Assembly (NCBI RefSeq): GCF_018977255.1 | Contig: NW_024704742.1 | Coordinates: 106,640,001-106,704,000 of the forward strand | Origin: Callorhinchus milii | Lineage: Eukaryota | Direction of reading: 5' to 3' | Length of the DNA stretch: 64,000 nucleotides | In this document: positions 50,070 to 61,479 of the stretch, one piece after another | Numbering within the stretch: position 1 is the stretch's first letter | Layout: each line of letters opens with the position of its first letter | The notes under the pieces: model-generated | Told to the model about the DNA's origin: nothing | What the model saw: the letters and a program-made list of their open reading frames with translations, nothing else | Database searches by the model: none | Made by a program: the position numbers and the translations under genes

Positions 50070-52060
50070 ACTAACAAATAACTTGTATTTATAAGTTAGC
50101 AGGACAGCGTTTCGGAGTGCTTAACAGTGACAAATCTGACCCTGAGCTAGGGAGAGAAGGGATGAGATTGTAGGCACAGTCGAAGAGAAAAGTCTTCGGG
50201 TGCAAGGTGAAGACAGGCCAGGAGGGGAGCAAGGCAGAGGGTTTGAGGCAGAAAGTTCCATATTTTCGGGGCATAGTGGCTTGAAGGCACAACCGATGAT
50301 GATGGAGCAGAGGGGATGAGGGACGTGCAGGAGGCCGGAGCCAGCTGAGCAAAGAGTAGTGAATTTGGGTGAAAGCAGGTCAGAGAGGTAGGGAGGTACC
50401 AGGGCATGAAATAATTTGTACACAAATATCTTGAAATTGATTTGTCTGGAATAGGGAGCCAGTGGAGTCTGGACACCGGAAAAATTGAGGCTGGAGATGA
50501 CGAATGAATGAATAAGGGTTTTGGTTGCATTGGGTGTGAGATAATAATAATAAGCCTTGTATTTGATATAGCTCTTTTCACGTCTTCTAGACATCTCAAA
50601 GCCCTTCACAGAACATGCTGTAAAGTGAATTGACTGTATATTTGTGGGCAAAGCGCAGCAGCCAATTGCGCACAGCAGTTTCCTTACTCCACACGCCTAA
50701 TAATAATAATCCCTCCAAAACAAAACAATAATAAATTGGTCATTTTCAACCCACAGACGCCGTGGATTGAAAATGACCAATTTATTATTGTTTTGTTTTG
50801 GAGGGATTATTATTATTAGGCATGTGGAGTAAGGAAACTTGCCCAAAGTTTTGTCCTGCCTGGAATTGAATCCAGGTGTCTCGCTTGCAAGGCGAGTGCA
50901 CTAACCACTGAGATTCGGTTGCAGGCGGGCAATATGGCAGAGTTGGAGGAAAGCGTTCTTCTACAGAGGCTGGGTGTTGGGTAGGAAGAACAGCTGGGAA
51001 TTAAGCCTTGGTTGCACATAGGTTCAGTGAGTCTGAACCTGTCCCATTCAGCATCTAATATATCTCTATAAAGTCCCCTCTGAGATGCCTCTTTTCAAGG
51101 TTGAAGAATTTTTTATAAAAATGATAATAATCCTTCATTTGATCCGTTCTTTGGAGGAAACGATAAACTGAGGTCCCGTCTGCCTGGATGTTAAAGACCC
51201 CGTGCCACTATTCAAAAAGAGAAGGGAGTTTCTCCTGGTGTCTTGCCAACAAATCCCCCAAATACAATTGGTCAGTCAATCCATGGCTGTTTGTGGGACA
51301 TTGCTGTGTGCAATTGGCTGCTCCATTTCGTCCACAAAATATAGTCAACTCACTTTACAGTATGTTCTGTAAAGCGCTTGAGACTTCTCAAAGATGTGAT
51401 AAGGCGCTATATCAAACGCAAGGATTATTATTATCATATACAGTAAAGTGGATTGTCTGTGTATTTTGTGGGCAAAATGTGGCAGCCATTTGTGCACAGC
51501 AATAATAATAATCCTTGCATTTAATAAAGTGTCTTATCACATCTTCTAGACGTCTCAAAGTGTTTCACAGAATAAACTGTAAAGTGAATTGACTGTATAT
51601 TTTGTGGGCGAAATGTGGCAGCCAATCGAGCACAGCAGTGTCCCACAAACAGTCGTGGATTGAGTGAAAAAAAATTGTTTTATTTTTTAAAATTTATATT
51701 GAAAGAATTATTACTCCCGAAAAAGCGATCCATCAATTGACTAACAACCGGGTTCCTACTTACTGCTCGGTAAACAGATGCGAGTGGAGTAAGGAAACTT
51801 GCCCAACATTTCGCTCTGCCTGGGAATCAAGCCCAGGACCTCTCACTTGCGAGGCGAGTGCTGTAACTAATAAGATACAGGGCTCCACAATGTCCCAATA
51901 ACAGCCATGGAGTGAGTTACTAATTCTATTTGGGGATGGTTGGACAGGACATCGGAAGAAACTCTCTTCTCCTTTCGAATAGTGCCACGCGATCTTTAAT
52001 GTCAACCTGAACAGGCAGATGGGACCTCAGGTAACGACTCATTGAAGCATCTCTCCAATA
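50070..52060. mobile_element. Nested cluster: L2 3' fragment (50070-50540, -), rearranged SINE (50542-50912, -), Deu-SINE pieces and a longer-variant SINE (51500-51888, -)
   Basis: ATKTLIHSFVISS and LHWLP L2 motifs; SINE heads at 50840-50912 and 51795-51888. Confidence 0.8.
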
Positions 52061-52145
52061 TTGGGGATCAGCCTTGGTCTCTACTCTGCACTGTCTGTAG
52101 GGCCTTTTGTTGCAGTGATCAATTGTACAATTCAAGAATGATTTT

Positions 52146-52453
52146 GTGGAGTCCTGTAGCTCAGTGGTTAGAGCACTCGCTTTGCAAGCGAGAGAACTGG
52201 GTTCGATTCCCGGCAAGATGAAACTTTGGGCAAGTTTCCTTACACCACACGCCTGATAATAATTCCTCAAAAAAAACGATAATAAATTGGTCATTTCAAT
52301 CCACGATTCTTTATGGGACACTGCTGTGTGCAATTGGCTGCCGCATTTTGCCCACAAATATACTGTCAATTCACTTTACAGTCTATTCTGTGAAGCGCTT
52401 TGAGACATTTAGAAGATGTAAAAACGCAATATTAAATGCAAGGATTATTATTA
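52146..52453 (+). mobile_element. Full-length tRNA-Ala SINE
   Basis: gtggagtcctgtagctcagtgg head through aaatgcaaggattatt tail. Confidence 0.9.
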
Positions 52454-52760
52454 TCAAAATCTAATCCTGCTATGTAGTCCAGCATACTTCTTGGTTTGTT
52501 TATTGCTGCCATACACTACTTGGACATAGAGTGCAATGACTCACCTAGCAAATTCCTACTTTTTAAGGTCTATTTTTACTTCCTACGTGTAGTGCCCTGA
52601 ATTTACCTCTGTACTCAATTTCAATAGTCCATAATTAATTCAGGTAGATATCTTGTGGAGCTGTTTCACAAATCTGCCTCCACAGTTCTCCCTGCCTTGC
52701 AAATGTAACTATCATGCAGTGAATCTTCAATTCTAGGACATTTGTGTATACGAGGATCAT

Positions 52761-53093
52761 GTGGAGTCCTATGGCTCAGTGGTTAGAGCACTCGCTTTGC
52801 AAGCGAGAGACCTGAGTTCAATTCCAGGCAGAGGGCGAAACCTTGGGCAAGTTTCCTTACTCCACACACCTAATAATAATCCCTCCAAAACTAAAAAAAA
52901 ACAATAATAAATTGGTCATTTTCAATCTATGACTGTTTGTGGGACATTGCTGTGCGCAATTGGCTGCCGTGTTTGCCCACAAATATACAGTCAATTCACT
53001 TTAGAGTGTATTCTGTGAAGCGCTTTGGGACGTCCTCCCGACGTGAAAAGCGCTATATCAAATGCAAGGATTATTATTATTATATTATTATTA
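52761..53093 (+). mobile_element. Full-length young tRNA-Ala SINE
   Basis: Same head, body and (TTA)n tail as the other young copies. Confidence 0.92.
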
Positions 53094-54339
53094 TCAGGAG
53101 GTTTCCAGGATTAACTTGAGACATTCCACTCAATCTTTCTCACTTAAGATTTATAATCTCCAAATACAAGTTATATAACAGAAACAACAAGAATTCACGA
53201 TTTGACAACGTGCCTTATTAATTCAGCAAAGTGATTACATTACAAACGTTTAATATTTTTGCTTTCTAAGAATATTTTTCAAATAAAAATCCAGGCAGAT
53301 GGACATTGGGGAAAGTACCATGATTAGCAGTTGGAAAAGGATAAGAAAAATGATTGCTTGGGAGACTTCCGCCCAATAAATAAAGTTGTTTTGGGGGGGG
53401 GGGGGGGGCGGGGGAGAGAGTCTCCTCAGAGGAACTAACAAAGCTGAAAGAGAACAAAACTAGGTTGATATATGGTCTGCTGGTTTGGGTGGTGCTCACT
53501 CTAGACGGGCAATAGTGCTTTAAGGGGCACTTATCCTATTTAAACCCGACACCTCCAAACCAGTCTTTGGTCAATATGTGCGGTCTATTTCATGACCAAC
53601 TGACTGCCCAGACGGGTGTTATGATTTTTAATACACGTTTTCAATCATTGACATATCTGCTCCATTTTCTGTTTAGCATTGAATAACCAATGATGTCATT
53701 CATGCACCGCCTTAGCCAATGCACTTGCTCACTGCTCGGATGAGGAAATCAGCAGCGAGTGAGCGTGCGCTGGAGGAAGAAATAGCAAATAAAAATGTTT
53801 TACTTCCTTCCGGCTGTTCTCCTTGCCCAATTTTTTTTTTAAAAAAATCATAACTAGTGGACTCTGGGCTGCGCTTCATTAACTCAAACCACATTTGTGG
53901 GCGCTTGACGGGTTCGAACATTGCAATTCTTACCTCTGATTTTGCCTGAATCCTTCTAAACCCAACCCTGGCAGTGACCAGAGGCTTGTGATGAACACTG
54001 AGCACACAGCATGCCCTTGTTCAGGCAGGTTTGGGAATGCTGCAGCTCAGCCCTGCATGTCATTGGGAATATCCTGTACAGTGGCTGCACACACAGACCA
54101 TCAATAGACCACACACATAGCAGGAGAACCAGCCCTACAATAAATGCCTCCAGCACCACCCCCACCCCCCCCCGGTCCAGTCAGCGGCCTCTCCCCCCCC
54201 CCCCCCCCCGAGAAGGCTCTGTCCAGTCAGGTCTGAACTCACAAACACTGACCTGGAATATTCATTTCCCATTCTGAGCAACAACAAAACATCCAGACGC
54301 CCAAACCCCACCCGAGAGGAGGAGAGGCTGCAGGTACCC

Positions 54340-54911
54340 CAGCACAGCCCAGCACAGCCCAGCACAGCCCAGCACAGCCCAGCACAGCCCAGCACAGCCC
54401 TGCACAGCCCAGCACAGCCCAGCACAGCCCAGCACAGCCCTGCACAGCCCAGCACAGCCCTGCACAGCCCAGCACAGCCCTGCACAATACAGCCCTGCAC
54501 AGCCCAGCACAGCCCTGCACAATACAGCCCAGCACAATACAGCCCTGCACAGCCCAGCACAGCCCTGCACAGCCCAGCACAGCCCTGCACAATACAGCCC
54601 AGCACAATACAGCCCTGCACAGCCCTGCACAATACAGCCCTGCACAGCCCTGCACAGCACAGCACAATACAGCCCAGCACAGCCCTGCACAGCACAATAC
54701 AGCCCAGCACAGCCCTGCACAGCCCAGCACAATACAGCCCAGCACAGCACAGCACAATACAGCCCAGCACAGCCCTGCACAGCACAATACAGCCCAGCAC
54801 AGTACAGCCCAGCACAGCACAATACAGCCCTGCACAGCCCAGCACAGCCCTGCACAATACAGCCCAGCACAATACAGCCCTGCACAGCACAGCCCTGCAC
54901 AGCCCAGCACA
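54340..54911. repeat. Pentamer-based tandem array (CAGCA, CAGCC, CTGCA, CAATA units)
   Basis: Direct reading; source of the Cys-rich ORFs at 54135-55311. Confidence 0.95.
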
Positions 54912-55029
54912 GGCCATCCCTGCCCAGCCCTGGGGAGGATGGTCTGTGTCTCAGCCGCTCCCTCCCCCCCTCCCGTATCAAACCTCCTTTTGCTTTTTCA
55001 AAACCGGGTGGTGGGGTGTGGGGGTGGGG

Positions 55030-55258
55030 GTGGGGGGGGGAGAGGTTGGAGGGGGGGAGAGGTTGGGGGGGGGGGGAGAGGTTGGGGGGGGGGGGGGAGA
55101 GGTTGGGAGGGGGGGGAGAGGTTGGGGGGGGGGGGAGAGGTTGGGTGGGGGGGGGAGAGGTTGGGGGGGGAGAGGTTGGGGGGGGAGAGGTTGGGGGGGA
55201 GAGGTTGGGGGGGAGAGGTTGGGGGGGAGAGGTTGGGGGGGGGGGGAGAGGTTTGGGG
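55030..55258 (+). repeat. G-rich tandem array (GnAGAGGTT), about 13 copies, G-quadruplex-prone
   Basis: AGAGGTT spacers between long G runs of variable length. Confidence 0.9.
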
Positions 55259-55426
55259 CATTTGTGCAAATTGCCCCCAAAATAATAACAACAGCAATCA
55301 TCGGGCACCACACTCGGGTGCGCGGGGGCAGCGCCGACACCAACCTGCGGTTCAGCTGAATCGCTGAGAGCTGCGGTCTGTGTGTGTGTGTGTGAGAGTG
55401 TGTGTGAGAGTGTCTCTGTGTCTTAC

Positions 55427-55570
55427 CTCTGAACCAGTGGCTGCGGAAGTGCAGTGTCTGTGTCTGTGCAGTGGCAGTGGCTGTGGCAGTGCTGAGGGTG
55501 TAACAGGGGCTGAGTCCAGCGCAGCGCAGCGCAGCGCGATCTGTCACATGATTCTGATGTAAGCGACATG
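55427..55570 (-). promoter_or_regulatory. Probable non-coding first exon and promoter of MACIR
   Basis: Minus-strand donor gag|gtaaga at 55427/55426; CpG-rich 55300-55570; TCATGTGA E-box (55544-55551, minus); lies just downstream of the PPIP5K2 3' end. Start site not determinable. Confidence 0.55.
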
Positions 55571-56759
55571 TCAGCAACTGGGAGCTGCAATCTGTCAGGG
55601 ACTGAACAGGAGAGCAGCACTGACCCGGGGGGGGAGGGGTTAAACAGGGATTTTCATATTTATTTGGTAGTAAAACCAGGAGCAAATTTATTCCAATGCT
55701 TTTTCGTTCCTGTTCCTTCCAAATCAGAAATGCACTGTTCAAATCAATGCCCCCCCTCCCCACTCCCCCCCCCCACCCAAAAAAAAAATTAAATTAAGTC
55801 CAAGTTTCATTTTCTGCAAAATAAATTTCGAGCGCTGTTCGCTACAGTCCTCGAGTACATCCCGGGCCGTAAGAATGTTTTGCGTGATGATTTTAGATGT
55901 GTATTTGTAAAAACCCTCGATTCCAGGATCACTGACGGACAAATACAACTACTTGGGTTTATATAGCGCCCTTTCACGCAGGGTGGCATCCAGGAGCTCC
56001 TGCAAATATCAAGTCCTGGAGTGAGATCTACCCTTCTTCAGTTGAACGTCAGCAAGACTGGGGCTCTCCTTGGCAGGTTAATGTGATCAGCAACTTTTCA
56101 CCTCATGCAACGACCACATTGGTCTGCACAGATTCTCACTCCACCTTCTTCAACCCCCAAATATTTTCGGACTCTCGGCTTTCCCTCACCTGCACAACTA
56201 CCATTCGAAACCCCTCCTACTCCTAACAACTACATTCTCGCTCAGCTCAATCTATTCCCGAACTCCTAGCGGATCAAATCGAAGATCATCTTCAAATATC
56301 TCCATGGTCTCGCACCACCCTACCTCCTTTAGCTTCTCCAACTCTACCGTCCCAGCTCACAGTAGCCTGCTTTATGTCCCTTAACCAATCTGCCAACTTT
56401 CGGCCATTCTGCTCCTGGTCAATGGAACTCCGTCCCACCCAATCTTTGAAACGCATCTTAAGAACTATCTTTTTGAGGCTGCTGTCCTCAGCTTCTCTCC
56501 TGCTTGGGGTTACCAATCAGGCATTTGAAGTACTTTGAATCCAGTGACAAACTGGCTCCCTAAAAGGGCTTGGGATTGTGAGATAAAATAGTGAGGGGCA
56601 ATCAGGAAATTTCCTGTACAGTCCGATGCTGAATGAGCCCCTTCCGAGTGTGGACCAGGTTAATCTGCCACTGCTGATAAATTTCCCACGATTGTCCAGT
56701 TAGGATCATCCGGGCCACCAGAGCTTGCAGGGCGCCAGGAGCTGAGGTGGAGCTGTGTA

Positions 56760-57030
56760 GATTGATGTTATCAGTGCCTGAGGTGAGAAGGCACTGGTAG
56801 GAGCCAAGCAGGAGAGCCTGTCAGCTTGACTTTAAACAGGAGACAGTTAGCTCTCATCCAGGCCTTGTTGTCCAACAACCAATCAGTCAGAACTGCAGTG
56901 GGCCTGGAATCAGCAGTGGGGGCAGTGACAGCATTGAGCGTCATCTGATTACATATGGAAGTTAACCTCATGCCTACAGATGACATCGTCGCAGGGGAGC
57001 GTATAGATATTATAGATGAGGAACAGAGGA
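56760..57030 (-). mobile_element. Decayed L2 RT fragment
   Basis: TAVLTDWLLDNKAWMRANCL resembles [20 protein letters not shown] of the L2 at 5095-6960. Confidence 0.7.
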
Positions 57031-57346
57031 TGATCACTGCACATGACAGTCCTGAAACATTACTATTTTCACTTTACGGCTGTTTGTGGAACATTGCTGT
57101 GTCTAAAGTTAGCTGCCGCATTCACCCACAAAATAGTTAATGCACTTTACAGTATAGTATATCCTGTGAAGCGCATTGGGTTGTCCTATTGATGTTCAAG
57201 GCTCTATACCAAATGTAAGGATTGTTATTATTACTACAGACAAAAGAAACCTATCACTTCATTCAAATCTAAAGTCATTGATTAGATCACTGCTATATAA
57301 TTACGCCTATTATTTTTCATTACAACTATGGAATTGGTGGGGTAGT

Positions 57347-59555
57347 TTTATTGGGTGGAATCCAATTGTAGCATTTAAAGTACAATCATATCCTTGCATA
57401 TCATTTGTATTGGATCAGGGTGGATAATAATACACATATTAGATCAGATATGGAAACATTACTCATACAGTAACTTCACACATAAAACAATTTTTGCAAA
57501 TGTATTTGTATTAATAAGGAGTAAATTCCATCTCTTGTTGGAGTTCAATGTTGTACAAATCAATCTATTAGTATCAATACCTAGAGGAGGGGAAGAAAAA
57601 TAAAATGAGACAGATGCCCATGGAATTACTGTAGCTTTATCAGTTCACCAGTGAATTTAATCCAAATATTTCCAAAGAAAAGAACAGAGAATCCTACTAA
57701 GAATAAGAAGACTAACCTTGTGTAGAAAAAATCCTAATGTAAATGTCATTTTATCAAGAAAGGATATTCTATATAAGAACAGTTTACTTCAACAGCTCAA
57801 TATATAATTTACTTAGCATAAATTGTTTGTACTATAAAAATAATGTGAGTTTCAAAGCATGTCAAATTGTGGCTGCAGGTCAAATTCATAGAATTTACAA
57901 AATAAATACCACAGCTGAATTATTCTTTAATATATTTTTATTTTAAATGGCTATGAACCAATACATTACTGATCAATCTTCAAACACCGAATATACAGAT
58001 GGCCTTTATTAGAGAGCAACCATAGACTCTAGGTGTGCAGTAAAGTATGTACATTAATTTTGTTCCAGGAACATTTAAAAAACTGGAATAATTCAGGACA
58101 GACTACACAGCCAATGTAGAGATGATGTTTTGTGCTTCATAAAATGTATTTGATGTAAACATTAAAAAGCAACTGGGAATAAAACTCAATGCATTATAGA
58201 ATACTTTTTACAAAAAAGTACCTGTAATCAAGGGGTTATAAAAGCAGATCTAGACAACACAATAATATTCACACAATGGGAGAATATAGCAAGGGCTTAA
58301 ATAAAATTAGTTTGTAGTCTACACGTGTGATGTAACAGTCTATATTGAGCAGTCCCATAGGATAATGAAACTTTAAAAGATTACTTTACATGCATTTGCT
58401 AACAAGAAACAGGAATAATATAAGAGGGCAGGCACACTATATAAATTATACTTGAGAAAAGTAAAAATATTTGTAAATAAACATCTCATGTATTTTGTTT
58501 TGGATACTCAAGCTCGGTGATGGTTTCCGCAAACCCTGGCTTTCGTAGCTGTGAACAGGTAGTGAGAAAGGAGGCAGCAATGTTTACCCATCATATTTTG
58601 AAGTATATTAAAGTATACAACTGTAAACAATCCTCAACTTGTATTATACAAAGAAATGCTTATTTGTTTTGTAAGAATCTTAAACTTTTTAAACACTCGT
58701 AACTCTGTGGGTTGTATAAATAAATCTGCATGTGAGGGAAAAACAAAAACCCTGCACAGGATAAACCATCCAGTAAAATAACAGCTTAATTTGGCAGCAG
58801 TTGGTATGTGATAAAAAAAAGTCTTCTGAAGTCCAGAAAGAAATATGGTCAAAAGCAAATGCGATAGCTAGAATTTTATCATTTATGTACTTGCATTTTC
58901 ATAAAAACACTAGGTTAAGATGTTCTAGGGCACCAAATTAGCAAACCCAATTCTATTATCAGCAGGGAAAAATAGATGGAAGTAGTTTGAATACACCCAT
59001 ATTTTTTGATCGAGTAAAATGTGGTGTAATTTTTCCAACAGAAAAAACTTCAATTTTTGATTTAGTGAACAACTTCTAAAAACTAAAATTGCATTCATTC
59101 TCAAAGTTTAAGCATATCAACGAATCCAAACCTAAACTTGTTACCGTTTCTTTCTGAATCAATAAAATTGCTACAGCAACATTTGTTTTGGGTGAAGCTA
59201 TACCTGTATGTAAAAGGAAAAAAAGACTCTCCTAACCTCAAAAGAATATGAGAATCTCAATAATTAAAGGGAAAAAATAAATCTAAATCATCTATCACAA
59301 TAGATCCAAATCATCCCATTTTCTGAACTACTAAAACATAAATATCTAACTTCTTCTTCTCTAATTGAAAGCCGTTTATAAAGCTCCAGTACAACTTGCA
59401 TTAACACAGAAAGTTAAAGGGTACATTTTAAAAGTTTTTATCAAAAGAATACATTATTTAAGGCTCATTTACACTTCAGATTATTTACATTTCTTACAAA
59501 GGATTTTTAAAACAGTTTACTTCAAGGGCATTCATTTTGATTCTGGAGCACCTGT
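57347..59555 (-). other. Probable PPIP5K2 3'UTR
   Basis: AT-rich, no recognisable repeats; minus-strand AATAAA at 57347-57352, 57937-57942 and 58005-58010. Confidence 0.5.
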
Positions 59556-59674
59556 TTAGTCATCTTCAGTATTCTGTGGAACTACACATCTGTCACCTAG
59601 GCCAATGGAAGGTGAATTTTCTGTTGGTGAAGATGGACCCGCGCTGGACACAGTGCTGGAAGGTCCGCTACTGA
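59556..59674 (-). CDS. PPIP5K2: PPIP5K2 last coding exon ([38 protein letters not shown])
   Basis: tttgctatgcag| acceptor, phase 1, TAA stop; followed by ~2 kb AT-rich repeat-free sequence. Confidence 0.8.
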
Positions 59675-61479
59675 CTGCATAGCAAAAAAGGCAAGTAAAT
59701 TCATCTTCAGTGGATTCACACTTATGTTAACTGACCTAAAAGGCAATATCATATTTTTATTGTAGTACTAAAAACATTCACTGCTTGAATAAAGTAAAGT
59801 AGCCAACATGGATTCACTACAACATTAATCAAAACAAAGGACCAAATTGGTTCGAGAACACAGGATGAAAATGTTAATAGACAAAATGACAGAATCTAGT
59901 GAATAATGTAGTAAATTAGGAAAAATAAATACAGTATAAAACAAACACTAGTCTTTTGATTCCTTTATTTATTCAGACTAATAGCCTACCTAATACAAAG
60001 GCTCACCTGGCCCCACCCCCTGAGATCGAACCTCTCCTTTCTCGTTCTCCTTGATCTCCCTGCCATCTTCAACCACTCCCTCTCCACCGTTCAATGGTTT
60101 CTCTTCCTGGCCCCTACAGTCACATGGTTCTGTCCTTTGATCCTCTCCTTCTCACCATCTATATCCTCACACAGGTCCATTTCCACATGACACCCAACTC
60201 TCTCTCTGCCTCTATCCTCGATTCCAAAACAAATTTTAAAAATATAAAAGCCAGTGTGCTCTACAGTATCAACTAGGTGTCAGCCAGATTCAGTTTGTAG
60301 CACTCTCATCTTCAAATCAAATGTGGGGCTCAAGACTCACTTTAAACTCACAATCTTGGATAACACTCCAATACAATGCTGATGGAGCACTGTATTGCTG
60401 GAGGTATCATACTTCAGATAAGACATTAAACTGAGGTCTTGTCTGCCTATTGAGGTGGACTTGAAAGATTCCATTGTAGTATTCAAAAAGTGATGGGAGT
60501 TTCTCCTGCTGTTCTGTCGCACAATTCCTCAGATAAAATTGTTCATTCACTTCATAGCTGTTTGTGGGAGACTGCTGTGTGAAAATTTGTTGCCTCATTT
60601 GCCTATAAAAGTTATTACATTTTACAGTATATCCCATGAAGCAATTTGATATGTCCTCCTGACATGAGACACTATAGAAAATGCAAGGATTATTATTTTT
60701 AAAATGCTGATATCATGTACAGAATGTAAATGTCACAAAACTGAAAGTGATATTTATGAAAGGGTTGAATGAAATCAAAATAATTATACAGAAGAATTTT
60801 TTTGTATCTTTAAGAAATAAAAATATTACAAGTGTAATTCACCTCTTAGAGAATTGTTTTGTCATATAACATTTCACTCTACTTACAAAAGTTAGTACGG
60901 TCACCTGATGGGTTTGATGATAAAGGTAATATTGATGGAAGTATTCTTCTGGGAGTGTATGTATTTAAAAATCTTCTACCCAGATTGTGATGTGCAGAGC
61001 CTAAAGGGAAAATAAAAGTATTAATATTAATTCTACACATGACCTTTCATCTTAAAAACACCTGTAATACTCCAGCTAAAACAGTATTTTTGCCAAATAA
61101 TTTTTTTAAAAATCATAAAAAGCAAAATTTACTTAAACAGATCTAGAATGCAACTTTTTGTTGAACAAAATAAGAATGTATCAGGTATGTACAGATAGAC
61201 TTACTATCTACCAAATCTTTATTCATGGCTGACCATTCTAAGTATGACTAATAGGGTTAAATATTTGACTAGGTTGTACAATAACTGGTTTTGGTGGTAT
61301 GTTCTTATAGTGGAAACATTTATAGAAGTGTGTAGTACTCTTACTTAGAGTTCCAGATGGAACCTCGGTAGTGGCTTTGGAAATTGCGGCAAGAAATTCA
61401 TCCACTTGCTTCAGAGACAGGGAATTGTGAAGGGTTTCAAGAGGGCAAATGGAAGGCACCATAGAATAGAGTTCAAATC
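59556..61479 (-). CDS. PPIP5K2: Inositol hexakisphosphate/diphosphoinositol-pentakisphosphate kinase 2, last three coding exons (61479-61345; 61000-60905 or -60887; 59674-59556); gene continues beyond the window
   Basis: [30 protein letters not shown] and [11 protein letters not shown] match the vertebrate PPIP5K2 C-terminus as recalled; AG/GT junctions all phase 1; TAA at 59558-59556; syntenic with MACIR. Confidence 0.9.
60277..60697 (+). mobile_element. Old Deu-domain SINE in the last PPIP5K2 intron
   Basis: gatggagcactgtattgctggaggtatcatacttcagataagacattaaactgaggtcttgtctgcct block; aaatgcaaggattatt tail. Confidence 0.72.
60887..61000 (-). CDS. PPIP5K2: PPIP5K2 coding exon ([32 protein letters not shown]...)
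   Basis: ccctttag| acceptor; two in-frame donors, cag|gtgacc (60905) and ttt|gtaagt (60887). Confidence 0.8.
61345..61479 (-). CDS. PPIP5K2: PPIP5K2 coding exon ([45 protein letters not shown])
   Basis: ttccacag| acceptor, taa|gtaaga donor, 135 nt. Confidence 0.92.

Noticed and set aside
54135-55763. Cys-rich (keratin-associated or metallothionein-like) and Pro/Gly-rich (extensin-like) ORFs
   Set aside because: Translations of a pentamer satellite and a G-run array, open in several frames at once
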